Positions 49,108 to 60,728 of a stretch of DNA of 64,000 nucleotides are shown piece after piece (position 1 is the stretch's first letter; each line of letters opens with the position of its first letter). The stretch lies in the NCBI GenBank assembly GCA_040954595.2, contig CM082595.2, forward strand, positions 3,953,943-4,017,942. Reading direction: 5' to 3'. Source of the DNA: Balanoglossus misakiensis (Eukaryota > Animalia > Hemichordata). The notes below the pieces were generated by a model, which was not told where the DNA came from, searched no databases, and worked only from the letters and a program-made list of their open reading frames with translations. The position numbers and the translations under genes are program-made.

Positions 49108-51857
49108 TTAACTTTCTGAGTTCAAACTACTTCGTGAGTTTTGCTTTTTCTTCAGTACTTTATAACCCCCTGATTTTTTCTTCCGTTTGGGCGTATCGCC
49201 TTCCCTGGCAGACTCAAGCTTTCTCAATCTTTCTTCTTCTTCTCTCTTACAAGCATCTATCATTTCACGACGACCATCACCGCCATGCACATCTTCGTCT
49301 ATATCACTAAAATCTGTGGACTGCAGGTGAATTCCTCCTGGGGTAACGCCCAGCAGTTTCATGCTGTCCACATGATTTTTAAACCCCCCTGTCATAGCTT
49401 CATCATCTTCCAGAGAATTTATAATATCCCGGCTTTCCCTCTGGTCTTTTCGTCTCCTAGCAACATAAATACTATCTTCAATCCCAAGCTTCTTATAACA
49501 TTGCTCTGCAGCATCTTGTCTCTGTTCCTTTTCAAACCGTTCCTCTTTTTCCTGTCTCCTCTGGTTCTTGATCAACTTCATGCTGTCCTGGATACCGACT
49601 GGCGGAGCGTATCTTATGTCTATCTCTTTGTATTCCTCGTCGCTTTTCACTTCCTCGTTCTTCATCCTCTCCTTCGCTACGGCCAAACTGTCTTTGAGTC
49701 TTGCGTACTCGTGGGAACGGCGGACGTCAACGCCGAGGTCACTTTCTTGAGTGTCCTGTCTCGCTGTCCGAATAGTGGGCATCTTGGAGTCTTTGTCATC
49801 TCGCCTCCTCCTCCGCGTCCGTGGACTTTGCTCCTGCTGGGCACTGAACATGGTGTTATACCCGTCATCTTGGGTCAGATTCCGAGGCGATCTCCGGTTC
49901 CGAGGGCTCGCACCTGCCCCATCGTTTCCCCTGTCGCTTTCAATTCGTCTAGGAGTCCTTGCTGGCTTCGCGGCATCACCGTTCGTCGCACAATCTCTCG
50001 GTTGCCGGCCTCCTCCGTTCTCATACTGCTCTCTTTCAGCTCGCCGTCTCCGACGCTCTGCCAGTCGGAGTTCTCTCAGCTTTTCCATGGCTGCTTCCAC
50101 TTCCTCCGTGTTGCCATCCGTGGATCTCTTTTTCCTTTGCCTTCTAATCCGTGGACTCTCTCCACCAGACTCTTCATCCACAGGTTCTTTCCTCCTGATC
50201 CTTTCTCCGCCTCCAGCATCCGGTGATCTTTCAGGATCCCTCTCCCGTGCCTTCCCTCTCCGTTTCTTCCTCCCTTCCTCGGCAATATCCCCCAACTGGG
50301 TCTCCTCTTGCCTCACCCGCTGCGGCACCCTCTTTGAGGGGATAAACCCATCACTTCTCCTCCTCTCTCTCGGAGGAATTACAGATTCTGTGGGTTTAGT
50401 CTCTTCACTCCGTATTCGTCTATGTCTTGTTGGCTTTTTCTTACTTTCAACAACAACTATATCATCATCACTATCATCATGATTCCGGAGTTTGTCCATT
50501 CTTTTAGCTCTTTCATTCCTTCTTTCACCATTCCCCCTCTCCTCGTATCTCTTTTCCGGTCTCTCATCATCACTTCCTGATTCCCTGTTTTCAATTCTCT
50601 GTTTACGTGCTGGCCGGTCCCCGCCATCTTTTCCCCTAATTTCCTCACCAGAGCTCTTGGCTTCTGAATATTTTTCACTGAAGACTTCATTACTAGAAGC
50701 TGTTTCACAATTGAACATCACAAGTACATCCTTGGCAGAGGGCCGGTCTCTTGCTCTATAGGACACCATGCATAAAATGGCTTCCTTCAGTTCCGGAGAG
50801 ATTCCAAGATCATCTCGCACCGGCGGTCTGTACTGTTTATTTAAGCAATAAAACACCCCCAGCCATGGTATACCACGAGATTTTGACCAGTTCACGACAT
50901 ATACGCACGAGCGATAGCGAGTGCGTATATGGAGTTAAACTGGTCAAAATCGAGTGGTATACCATGGCTGGGGGTGTTTTATTGCTATTATATTATTCCA
51001 GTATATTGAAACTTTGCATAAAACATTTTAAAAAGGCATTTTCTTTGACCATGATATATGACTGTGGTATATGGCTAATATATCACGGTCACGTGTCGTG
51101 TCTCGACCAATCAAATAGCGTGATTTACACCATCAATATACTGGTATAATATAATTTTAAATAATGCACATCCCAAAGGAAGTTTTAAATCGTCTTTCTG
51201 GTAGCATATGGATAATTTCCCTCTGGGTGCGGAGTTTGTCAAAAGGGCAAGGAATATCACCCCTAGGGAGAAGATGTCCACTTTCTCTGTGTAGCGTTCT
51301 TTGCTATTCTCTGGCGCCATGAAGAGCTCTGTGCCACAGAATACTCTCTCCATTATGCAATGGCCGGAGACCAACTCGGCAATCTTGGAGAGTCCACAAT
51401 CAGAAACCTTGGCCACGACCTCGCCTCTTCTGAGTGTGATCGAGATGTTGTCGGGCTTCAGGTCTCTGTGGACAATGCTCTTTTCATGGAGGTACGAGAC
51501 GGCGTCGACGATCTGCGTCATCAGCTCCAGCTTGAGATCCAGGTCGGCCATTCGGTTCTTCAGCATCATGTAGTGGTTGAGGTTGTTCTCGGTGCAGTAC
51601 TCCATCATCAGCCAGGTGTCCCACGAATTCCGGCGGTCCGTACTCTTTGTGGTGACCACATCCAGGATATTGACGATATGCTTGTGATCCAGCTTGGACA
51701 AGACCATCACCTCCTTCATGGCGCTTGTGTGCTTCTCCAGAGTGTCACAACGCAGCTTCATCCCGGCAAAATGTTCCCTCTTCTCCTTATGGTCAAACAG
51801 CAGCACGGGTCCGAAAGCCCCCTTCCCTATCCTCTCAACTTTTTGGTACTTATCCAT
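49108..51857 (-). pseudogene. STK35/PDIK1L-like kinase copy B, disrupted paralogue of copy C
   Basis: Aligns to 55261-57696 but is split by the insertion at ~50843-51154, which introduces a stop. Substitutions: FAGKK->FAGMK (catalytic Lys), DFG->DCG, GAFGSV->GAFGPV, APEIY->APENS. The tail frame 49108-50840 remains open. Confidence 0.88.
50843..51154. mobile_element. Non-autonomous palindromic DNA element inserted in kinase copy B
   Basis: Absent from the paralogous site in copy C (gtttatttttgaataatg). It contains a 143-bp imperfect palindrome (50844-50986) and a second inverted pair (ttatattattccagtatattga / tcaatatactggtataatataa), and is inserted in a T-run. Confidence 0.9.
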
Positions 51858-51969
51858 GGTTACAAAATACACATTCCACTTCGGCAATTAACTAAAAGTT
51901 CCTATTATAGTGTGATAATCCACAAGTTGGTTGATTTGTTGCTGAAATATGAAAAGTCAGATTTGTTTA

Positions 51970-52344
51970 AATTAGTTTATTTTATTTTTAGATCTAATTT
52001 GCATATTCATGACCCGATCAAATCCAAATTAACAAAATCAGGTAGGGACACCATAACACACATTCCTACCAAATTTCAGCTCCATCGTACATGTAGTTAT
52101 GGAGAAGAAGATTTTTTACCAAAAAATCTATTTTTAAATCTTATTTGCATATTCATGACCTAATCAAATCCAAATTAACAAAATCAGTTAAGGGCACCAT
52201 AACACACATTCCAACCAAATTTCAGCTAAATATGCCAAGTTGTTTTAAAGAAGAAGATTGAAATACCAAAAGTTGATGGACGACGGACGGACACTTATCA
52301 ACCTACTGCTACAGCTCGGCTGACACAAGTGACAGCAGAGCTAA
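51970..52344 (+). mobile_element. Helentron-associated (DINE/HINE-like) non-autonomous element fragment in the 5'UTR intron of kinase B
   Basis: Two ~146-bp internal tandem repeats (ATTTGCATATTCATGACC at 51997 and 52143), then a (GACG)n microsatellite and a terminal hairpin AGCTC.GCTG...CAGC.GAGCT at 52313-52342. Not present in duplication unit 2. Confidence 0.7.
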
Positions 52345-55260
52345 CGAAAGATTGACCTGACTTTCTGTGATTGATGTTTAACACACATACTTGCTTGACA
52401 AAATCATTTTGCACCACAGCTATTCAAACTCAATGTCAGTGATTGATTACACCCCGATATAGTTGCTAACGAGGTGAATCATAACAGACCCCAACAAATA
52501 CTTTATCATTTTACAGACCAGATCTGCGAGAACACAAACAGATAACTTCTACCACAAAGACACAAAAATTACTCTGAAATACGCCGAGACCCCACGACAA
52601 AACTTGAATCTGTACACTCCTATGACATGAAGCCAAATTCTGCAATATCTGCACACATTTTTACGTAATTACGATACATTAAACAGACCTGGGTCCCTTA
52701 GCAACAGAAATTCTCATAATCTTTAGCCACAGATACAGGGTTTCATACACTTTTGATTAATTGTGCCGCGTATTGGCGGGTATTTGTCAATACAGGTATG
52801 TAACTGTTTGCAGTCATGGTGTGAAATATCAATTTGACAGTTCTTAATAATACTGGTGATTTGGGTGTTTAATTTAAACTTCAAATTTGGATGTAATGTG
52901 GTAGAAAATCCTTTTGGCCAAGTCTCCCTATACTGAAAATTCAATAAATTTGTTAGATATGCTTTTGCAGCAGACAGTACATGTATTACATGTACAACAT
53001 ATCCCCAGGTACATATATTTGCCTCTAGCACTGGTTGTAGCAATTCACTGACTTCTGCAGTGGACAGACAGACAGATGGACAGACAGACAGACAGACCCA
53101 AGCAAATCAAGATCCGTATCGCTAGAGAAAGAGTCAAGAATGCCATAACGCATTTTTGTACTCACCTGAGGACCACCTTTCAACAGAAGTAAAACATGGT
53201 CGACATTTCAAACACAATCATCGTTTTACCACTCAATGCAGAGTGTGTGCAGTTTCGCAACCACACTCCAAACTTCACTGTGTGGAAACTCAGGTGGTCA
53301 TTTGATCAATTCTGAAGGCCAAATGGGTTATTCTGTAGCGTGACTCAACTTATATGACAGACTTTGTCATCAAGAGCTTCATAACTCATAAAGCTGCCAC
53401 CTTAGCATTGCTATTCATCAAAACGCTTTGCGTATCGATTTGTTCAACTGCAATAAATTTTCACACAAAAAAAACATGGGTTATTGTCCAACATATGCGT
53501 CAGATCCCAAGTAAACATTCGACAAAATACACTAGATAAACGCGCTTGAAGAGTTCAAGATATTTAATGTACTTTGCTTCAACCAACTGGCAATTTTCTA
53601 ATGACACTAATCAAAATTTATATCTATAAGTCATGTTTTAAGTATTATTACATGTATACAACTGTACTTAAAAATACTGTCAGTAGATACAAGAAATGTG
53701 GGCAACTTTACCATCTTGATCATATATACAGGATGAAAAATGTCCCCCTTTTGTTAGACCTCCATTGCTATAAAACAATCAATATTTACATATAATTCTA
53801 CACTGTACTATTCAATAAATATAGAAACTAGACTGTTATTAGAAAATCTTTTTGTACAACAATAACAAGGTGTTGTTCAAAATTCACTGATATAATAGTG
53901 TCATCTTAAGTACATCTCTGTTCAAGATTTTTAGATATCAGTTTGCTTTTTCAGTGTGTGTAGTGATAAATTGTAGGTGAGAAATGCTTGTCATAGCAGA
54001 CTAGAAGAGAGATAGGTTTAGTTGATGTGTACACTTTCTCTTCTGTTATGGGGACGGATATGTCGTCACTGTGTGAGTCAAAGGTCATTATGCAGAGGAT
54101 ACAATTGGCTCAGGACCAAAAGCGCACAAAAACACTTGGAGACGTACTTTTCAGTTCATCATGTTAACGAATCTCTGATAAGCAGCATTGTAACTTGTAC
54201 ATTGTTTTAGTTAAAGATGTCACGAAAGGTATGATAACGAAACACAGGGGGCACAGCAAACATGGTTGAAAGCGGAACTTAGACAATAGGCAGTCAATGT
54301 CAACTGCTCTTACATGGTTAGAATTTTCCATAACAACTTTGATGCATGGAATCTCCATTTAGATGCTAAGGCAGATCAATTTGAACTGAACTGGAAAATT
54401 AGTGGAGGTGGTTTGAAAGAACTATACACATGATTAAAATTGGAACTTGGCCCATCAGTCAGTCTGTTGTTTACGCCACTTGGTTACCTGGGCAACTGAA
54501 AAGACAAAAGGCTTTTTAAAAAGACATATCATTGGGTATCTCTTCTTTGTTAAACATCTACATGGTGTACACAGGGTGTCTGGCAACTTTAGAGAGGATC
54601 GGACAATAGGTTTAATTCTTGTCACGACTGTAACTAAATACAGTGTCACCTGGGCCAATAGGGGTCACATTGTACCTTTTCGAAATCTACAGAAATCCAA
54701 GTTGGCAAGTACATTTTTCCTTAGTACTGCAATATGTGCTGAACTTTCAACCCAAATAGAAGAAAATTGTATTCTCTGGCAAAATGATAATAATTCAGAA
54801 CTGTGATACTAAAATTGTAAAAACTAATCACTAAAAAAAGTAAGTACATGTGTCTAAAGAAAATAAAATCAGACTGCACCTTGGGGACCATGCCCATAAA
54901 AATGAAAGACTTCACATTTCTCTTCCTTTCTATGTTGTATTAACCAAGTACTGAATAAAACAGTGACCATATGTAGCGAGGTAAGGGTTAAACTTGGTGT
55001 GGATAGATTATGCGAACTGGAACATGGTTAGACTGACTGCTATGATTTTTTTGCAAAAATCAAGAAATTCCCCTCCCCCTCCCACTTTCACTAAATTTGA
55101 TTTAAAATACACAGAATTACTTCAATTTGCACAGTTGTTGTGGTGAATCCTGAGATCAAGATCTGCTCTTGAGAATTTAACTTTATCACCCCCATTTTCA
55201 ACGGCATGGCTCAGCCTACCCGATCAAACACAATCGGATTGTACCTGATGGCAAACAGGC

Positions 55261-57696
55261 TTAACTTTCTGAGTTCAAACTACTCCGTGAGTTTTGCTTT
55301 TTCTTCAGTACTTTATAACCCCCTGATTTTTTCTTCCGTTTGGGTGCATCGCCTTCCCTGGCAGACTCAAGCCTTCTCAATCTTTCTTCTTCTTCTCTCT
55401 TACAAGCATCTATCATTTCACAACGACCATCACCTCCATGCACATCTTCGTCTATATCACTAAAATCTTTGGACTGCAGGTGAATTCCTCCAGGAGTAAC
55501 GCCCACCAGTTTCATGCTGTCCACATGATTTTTAAACCCCCCTGTCATAGCTTCATCATCTTCCAGAGAATTTATAATATCCCGGCTTTCCCTCTGGTCT
55601 TTTCGTCTCCTAGCAACAAAAATACTATCCTCAATCCCTAGATTCTTGAAACACCGCTCTGCAGCATCTTGTCGCTGTTCTCTTTCAAACCGTTCCTCTT
55701 TTTCCTGTCTCCTCTGGTTCTTGATCAACTTCATGCTGTCCTGGATACCGACTGGCGGAGCGTATCTTATGTCTATCTCTTTGTATTCCTCGTCGCTTTT
55801 CACTTCCTCGTTCTTCATCCTCTCCTTCGCTACAGCTAAACTGTCTTTGAGTCTTGCGTACTCGTGGGAACGTCCGACCTCAACGCCGTGGTCACTTGCT
55901 TGTGTGTCTGGCCTCTCTGTCCGAATGGTGGGCATCTTGGAGTCCTTGTCATCCCGCCTCCTCCTCCTTGTCCGTGGACTTTGCTCCTGCTGGCCGCTAA
56001 ACGTGTTATAACCGTCATCTTGGGTCAGATTCCGAGGTGATCTCCGGTTTCGAGGGCTCACACCCACCCCATCGTTTCCCCTGTCTCTTTCAACTCGTCT
56101 AGGAGTCCTTGCTGGCTTCGCGGCATCACCGTTCGTCGCACAATCTCTCGGTTGCCGGCCTCCTCCGTTCTCATACTGCTCTCTTTCAGCTCGCCGTCTC
56201 CGACGCTCTGCCAGTCGGAGTTCTCTCAGCTTTTCCACAGTTGCTTCCACTTCCTCCGCGTTGCCATCCGTGGATTTCTTTTTCCTTTGCCGTCTAATCC
56301 GTGGACTTTCTCCCCCAGACTCCTCATCAACAGGCTCCTTCCTCCTGATCCTTTCTCCGCCTCCAGCATCCGGTGATCTTTCAGGATCCCTCTCCCGTGC
56401 CTTCCCTCTCCGTTTATTCCTCCCTTCCTCGGCAATATCGCCCAGCTGGGTCTCCTCTTGCCTCACCCGCTGCGGCACCCTCTTGGAGGGGATAAATCCA
56501 TCACTTCTCCTCCTCTCTCTCGGAGGAATTTCAGATTCCGTGGATTCAGTCTCTTCACTCCGTATTCGTCTATTTCTGTTTGGCTTTTTCTTACTTTCAA
56601 CAACAACTATATCATCATCATCACTATCATCATCACGATTCCTGAGTTCGTCCATTCTTTTCGCTCTTTCCTTCCTTCTTTCATCATTCCCCCTCTCCTC
56701 ATATCGCTTTTCCGGTCTCTCATCATCACTTCCTGATTCCCTGTCTTCAATTCTCTGTTTACGTGCCGGCCGGTCCCCGCCATCTTTTCGTCTAGTTTCC
56801 TCAGCAGAGCTTTCACCCTCAGAATATTTTTCACTGAAGACATCATTACTAGAAGCTGTTTCACAATTGAACATCACGAGTACATCCTCAGCAGAGGGAC
56901 GGTCTCTTGCTCTATAGGACACCATGCACAAAACAGCTTCCTTCAGTTCCGGAGAGATTCCCAGATCATCTCGCACCGGCGGTCTGTACTGTTTATTTTT
57001 GAATAATGCACGTCCCAAAGGAAGTTTAAAATCGTCTTTCTGGTAGCATATGGATAATTTCCCTCTGGGTGAGGAGTTTGTCAAAAGGGCAAGGAATATC
57101 ACCCCTAGGGAGAAGATGTCCACTTTCTCCGTGTAGCGTTCTTTGTATATCTCCGGCGCCATGAAGAGCTCGGTGCCACAGAACGTCTCCATAATGCAAT
57201 GGCCGGAGACCGACTCGGCGATCTTGGATAGCCCAAAGTCCGAAACCTTGGCGACGACCTCGCCTCTCCTCAGCGTGATCAAGATGTTGTCGGGCTTCAG
57301 GTCCCGGTGGACGATGCTCTTCTCGTGGAGGTACGCGACGGCGTCGACGATCTGCGTCATCAGCTCCAGCTTGAGGTCCAGGTCGGCCATGCGGTTCTTC
57401 AGCATCATGTAGTGGTTGAGGTTGTTCTCCGTACAGTACTCCATCATCAGCCAGACGTCCCACGAGTTCCGCCCGTCCGTACTCTGTGTGGTGATCACAT
57501 CCAGGATATTGACGATATGCTTGTGATCCAGCTTGGACAAGACCATCACTTCCTTCATGGCGCTGGTGTGCTTCTCCGGAGTGTCACAGCGAAGCTTCTT
57601 CCCGGCAAAATGTTCCCGCTTCTCCTTATGGTCGAACAGCAGCACGGATCCAAACGCACCCTTCCCAATCTTCTCAACTTTTTGGTACTTATCCAT
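55261..57696 (-). CDS. STK35/PDIK1L-like Ser/Thr kinase (copy C), 811 aa, intronless CDS, long Arg/Glu/Asp-rich disordered tail
   Basis: All catalytic motifs intact: GKGAFG, FAGKK, WLMMEYC, HRDLKPDN, DFGLSK, CGTELFMAPE, KVDIFSLG. Acceptor cttttcatattgcag at ~57785 and a 5'UTR exon donor CAG|GTGAGT at ~59094-59102. Confidence 0.95.
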   Translation of the reverse strand: MDKYQKVEKIGKGAFGSVLLFDHKEKREHFAGKKLRCDTPEKHTSAMKEVMVLSKLDHKHIVNILDVITTQSTDGRNSWDVWLMMEYCTENNLNHYMMLKNRMADLDLKLELMTQIVDAVAYLHEKSIVHRDLKPDNILITLRRGEVVAKVSDFGLSKIAESVSGHCIMETFCGTELFMAPEIYKERYTEKVDIFSLGVIFLALLTNSSPRGKLSICYQKDDFKLPLGRALFKNKQYRPPVRDDLGISPELKEAVLCMVSYRARDRPSAEDVLVMFNCETASSNDVFSEKYSEGESSAEETRRKDGGDRPARKQRIEDRESGSDDERPEKRYEERGNDERRKERAKRMDELRNRDDDSDDDDIVVVESKKKPNRNRRIRSEETESTESEIPPRERRRSDGFIPSKRVPQRVRQEETQLGDIAEEGRNKRRGKARERDPERSPDAGGGERIRRKEPVDEESGGESPRIRRQRKKKSTDGNAEEVEATVEKLRELRLAERRRRRAEREQYENGGGRQPRDCATNGDAAKPARTPRRVERDRGNDGVGVSPRNRRSPRNLTQDDGYNTFSGQQEQSPRTRRRRRDDKDSKMPTIRTERPDTQASDHGVEVGRSHEYARLKDSLAVAKERMKNEEVKSDEEYKEIDIRYAPPVGIQDSMKLIKNQRRQEKEERFEREQRQDAAERCFKNLGIEDSIFVARRRKDQRESRDIINSLEDDEAMTGGFKNHVDSMKLVGVTPGGIHLQSKDFSDIDEDVHGGDGRCEMIDACKREEEERLRRLESAREGDAPKRKKKSGGYKVLKKKQNSRSSLNSES

Positions 57697-59094
57697 GGTC
57701 AGAGAATACACATTCCACTCGGGTAATTAACTAGTAAAAGTTCCTATCATTATAGTGTGATAATCCACAAGTCGGTTGATTTTGCTGCAATATGAAAAGT
57801 CAGATTTGTTCAGTATAAATATATTGTTACAAAGTCTTCAATCTGGGTTTTAAAATGAAGAAAATACCCCCCCCCCCCTTCCAAGGTGATAGACAGGTGC
57901 TAGTGGTTAAGCTTTAATACTGACTAGATTAAATATATTTTGGGAAGGCAGTATTTAATTAGAGAGAATGTTATTACATGTATTAATAAAGGTCAATGTT
58001 CTGCTAACCATATTTACATGGCATTAATCTGCTCTGACTAAATATTAGCTTGGCATATTGAAATTCCACAATACAATTAATGTTTACGAAAGCATATTTT
58101 TAGTTTGGTTTTATAATAATACGGCTGATTATGTTACAATGTGGATTAATCAGTATTTTTAATTACGTATACAGGATTACTTCTTGATATATATATTTCA
58201 CAGTCTCGGTAAAAATTATGAAAATGGTATTTTCTGAATTAACTTTCATTTAAATATGAAACAAAAGATTGACCTGACTTTCTGTGATTGTTGTTTAACA
58301 CACATACTTGCTTGACAAAATTATTTTGCACCACAGCTATTCAAACTCAATGACATTGATTGATTACACCCCAATACAGTTGTAATGAGTTGAGTCACAA
58401 CAGACCCCAATAAATACTTTCTTATTTTACAGCCCTATGAATTCTGGTACGTGGCAGACCAGATCCGTGAGAACACAAACAGATATCTTCTACCCCAGAG
58501 ACACAAAAATTACTCCTAAATACACCGAGACCCCACGACAAAACTTGAATCTGTTCAGAAGCCAACACTACTATGACATGAAGCCAAATTTTGCAATATC
58601 TGCACACATTTTTACACAGCATTTAACAGACCTGGGTCCCCTTAGCAACAAGAAATTTTCATAATCTGTGGCAGATACAGGGCTTCATACAAATTAAATT
58701 AATTGTGCTTAGTATTGGTGAGTCTTTGTCAATACAGGTATGTAACTGTTTGCAGTCATGGTGTGAAATATCAATTTGACAGTTCTTTATAATACTGGTG
58801 ATTTTGGTGTTTAATATAAACTTCAAATTTGGACGTAATGTGGTAGAAAATCGTGTCGGCAAAGACTCCCAGTCCCTATACTGAAAATTCAATTACTTGC
58901 TAAATATAATTGTACACCAGACGGTATTACAACATGTCCCCAGGTATACATATATTTGCCTCTAGCACTGGTTGTAGCAATGTCACTGACTTCTGCAGTG
59001 GACAGACAGACAGATAGACAGACAGACAGACCCAACCAAATCAAAGTCCCTATTGCTAGAAAAAGAGTCAAGAATGCCATAGTCCAATTTTGTA

Positions 59095-59400
59095 CTCACC
59101 TGAGGACCACCTCTGTATGCACTCAACGGAAGTAAAACATGGCCGACATTTTAAACACAATCATCGTTTTAACCACTCAATGCAGAGTGTGTGCAGTTTC
59201 GCAACCACACTCCAAATTGCCACAAATGGGCGGTAGTCATGGTAACTGAAGAACGGGGTACACGACACGGTCTGCAAATCGGAGTGTCCGGACTTCGCCT
59301 GAGCATATCCGGGTCTCGTGTTAATGATTACAGGAGGGAAGTATGTGCCACAAACAAACGCTGTGTGGAAACTCAGGTGGTCATGTGATCAATTCTGAAG
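59095..59400 (-). promoter_or_regulatory. Putative non-coding first exon and core promoter of kinase C
   Basis: Consensus donor, YY1-like AACATGGC (~59136), RFX-like GTCATGGTAAC (~59236) and a CpG-rich patch. The segment 59217-59360 is missing from the duplicate copy. Confidence 0.5.
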
Positions 59401-60400
59401 GCCAAATGGGTTATTCTGTAGCATGACTCAACGTGTTAACAAAAGAAGTAGACACGCCTAACAATAACGCTTACACGGGGACCGACACGAAATTTTCCCT
59501 TTCCCTTTTCACAACTGCCATCTACTTCAAAGTATACATGATAAAATGATACTTCATGGAAAAATCCCTATGCGTCGTTCTGCGCATCTTGGCACAGATT
59601 CAACAGGTTGTTTACGACCTTTCAACTCAAGGTCAGTCTTCAGGTCACCTGCCAGAGCGTATGCCACTTTCCTATGTACAGTGATTGAGGGTGCAATTTG
59701 AATTCAACTCAAACAGGAAACCACACTTGCAGAACAATGGTGAAACCAACAAAGACAATGCAAAACGCGAAGGTTACAATGGCACAAAAGGAGAAAGGGA
59801 CGTCTGTGTTCAATTGTTATTTCAAGAGATTTCTTTTGTTTATAGCTTTCGAGTTTCAAAAAAGCCATGACTCAAGTAAGCATGACGTAATCATGTCAAT
59901 TACTTGGAATCTTTCTGAAAAAGTGACATTCAACTTGGTACAGTTGAAAATATAGAAACTCAGTTTAAACCTTGAATAAAATTTTTGCATGTTCGATTGT
60001 GTTTGTGTGTTTGTTGATGTACCCAGATCGTGTGAGCAGGAATGTGCTTAGAACTCATATAAACTATTGAAACATTCTTTTTTTTTGGGGGGGGGGATGC
60101 GGACAGTCATAGTGGTTTTCTGCACTGACTTGCCTGCTACATGAATTAGTGTGGTACGACTGGCTCTGAACCCTGTAAAATACAAGTTGCTTTGCAAGAG
60201 TGGAAAAATATTCTACAATGACAACATACTCAGATTGCTGTACAATATTTATTTTGCTCGGGTATAAATCACTCTTAGACTAATATCACTGACAAGGCGC
60301 CTGCTCACATTGTCCAAGAGTGTTCCACAAGTGGCCATTATCGACCTCAGGAAACTGTTTAACACTGCTATTTTATCTCCTGCTGGTTGTTAAGTGAACT

Positions 60401-60414
60401 GTAACCATGGCAAC
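60401..60414. promoter_or_regulatory. Consensus RFX X-box
   Basis: GTAACCATGGCAAC matches GTNRCCATRGYAAC; it lies between kinase D and the kinase C promoter. Confidence 0.45.
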
Positions 60415-60728
60415 ATCACAAACATAATAAGCAAGTTATATAATATACATGTACATTATATACTTATATATTTTAATGATTGGTATCCTACTCATAAATT
60501 TCCGATTACAATAACGTCTCATACCAGGTAGATTAACACACAAAGTGCCCTAGTACGATTACATTATTTTTTTACCTGGAAGCACAAACAATAGAATATT
60601 TTAAAATGGATGTACTTTTTTACTCTCAATCATAGAGCAACTAGGTACTTTAACATTTTATGGATGGCTGGATCAAAATGTTTCTCAGTCAAGACGGATA
60701 GTATTGTTGTATTTTGAGATGGAATGTG

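Larger units (their letters stand above)
46090..59432. repeat. Tandem segmental duplication: unit 1 ~46090-53345, unit 2 ~53346-59432, each carrying a kinase gene
   Basis: Collinear near-identical blocks, e.g. 46140-46640 vs 53390-53900, 47950-50840 vs 54078-56995, 52345-53349 vs 58262-59432. The junction carries CAAC. Confidence 0.95.

Noticed and set aside
51997-52290. 146-bp direct repeats considered as a CRISPR-like or regulatory array
   Set aside because: Only two units with no spacers; the architecture matches Helentron-derived elements, and no CRISPR or other prokaryotic system is present in this eukaryotic window.
49285-57726. Long + strand ORFs (313, 243, 267, 218 aa) opposite kinases B and C; similar shadow ORFs over the TLR, kinase A and kinase D
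   Set aside because: Antisense or alternate-frame shadows caused by low-complexity, GC3-rich coding sequence; no recognisable motifs.
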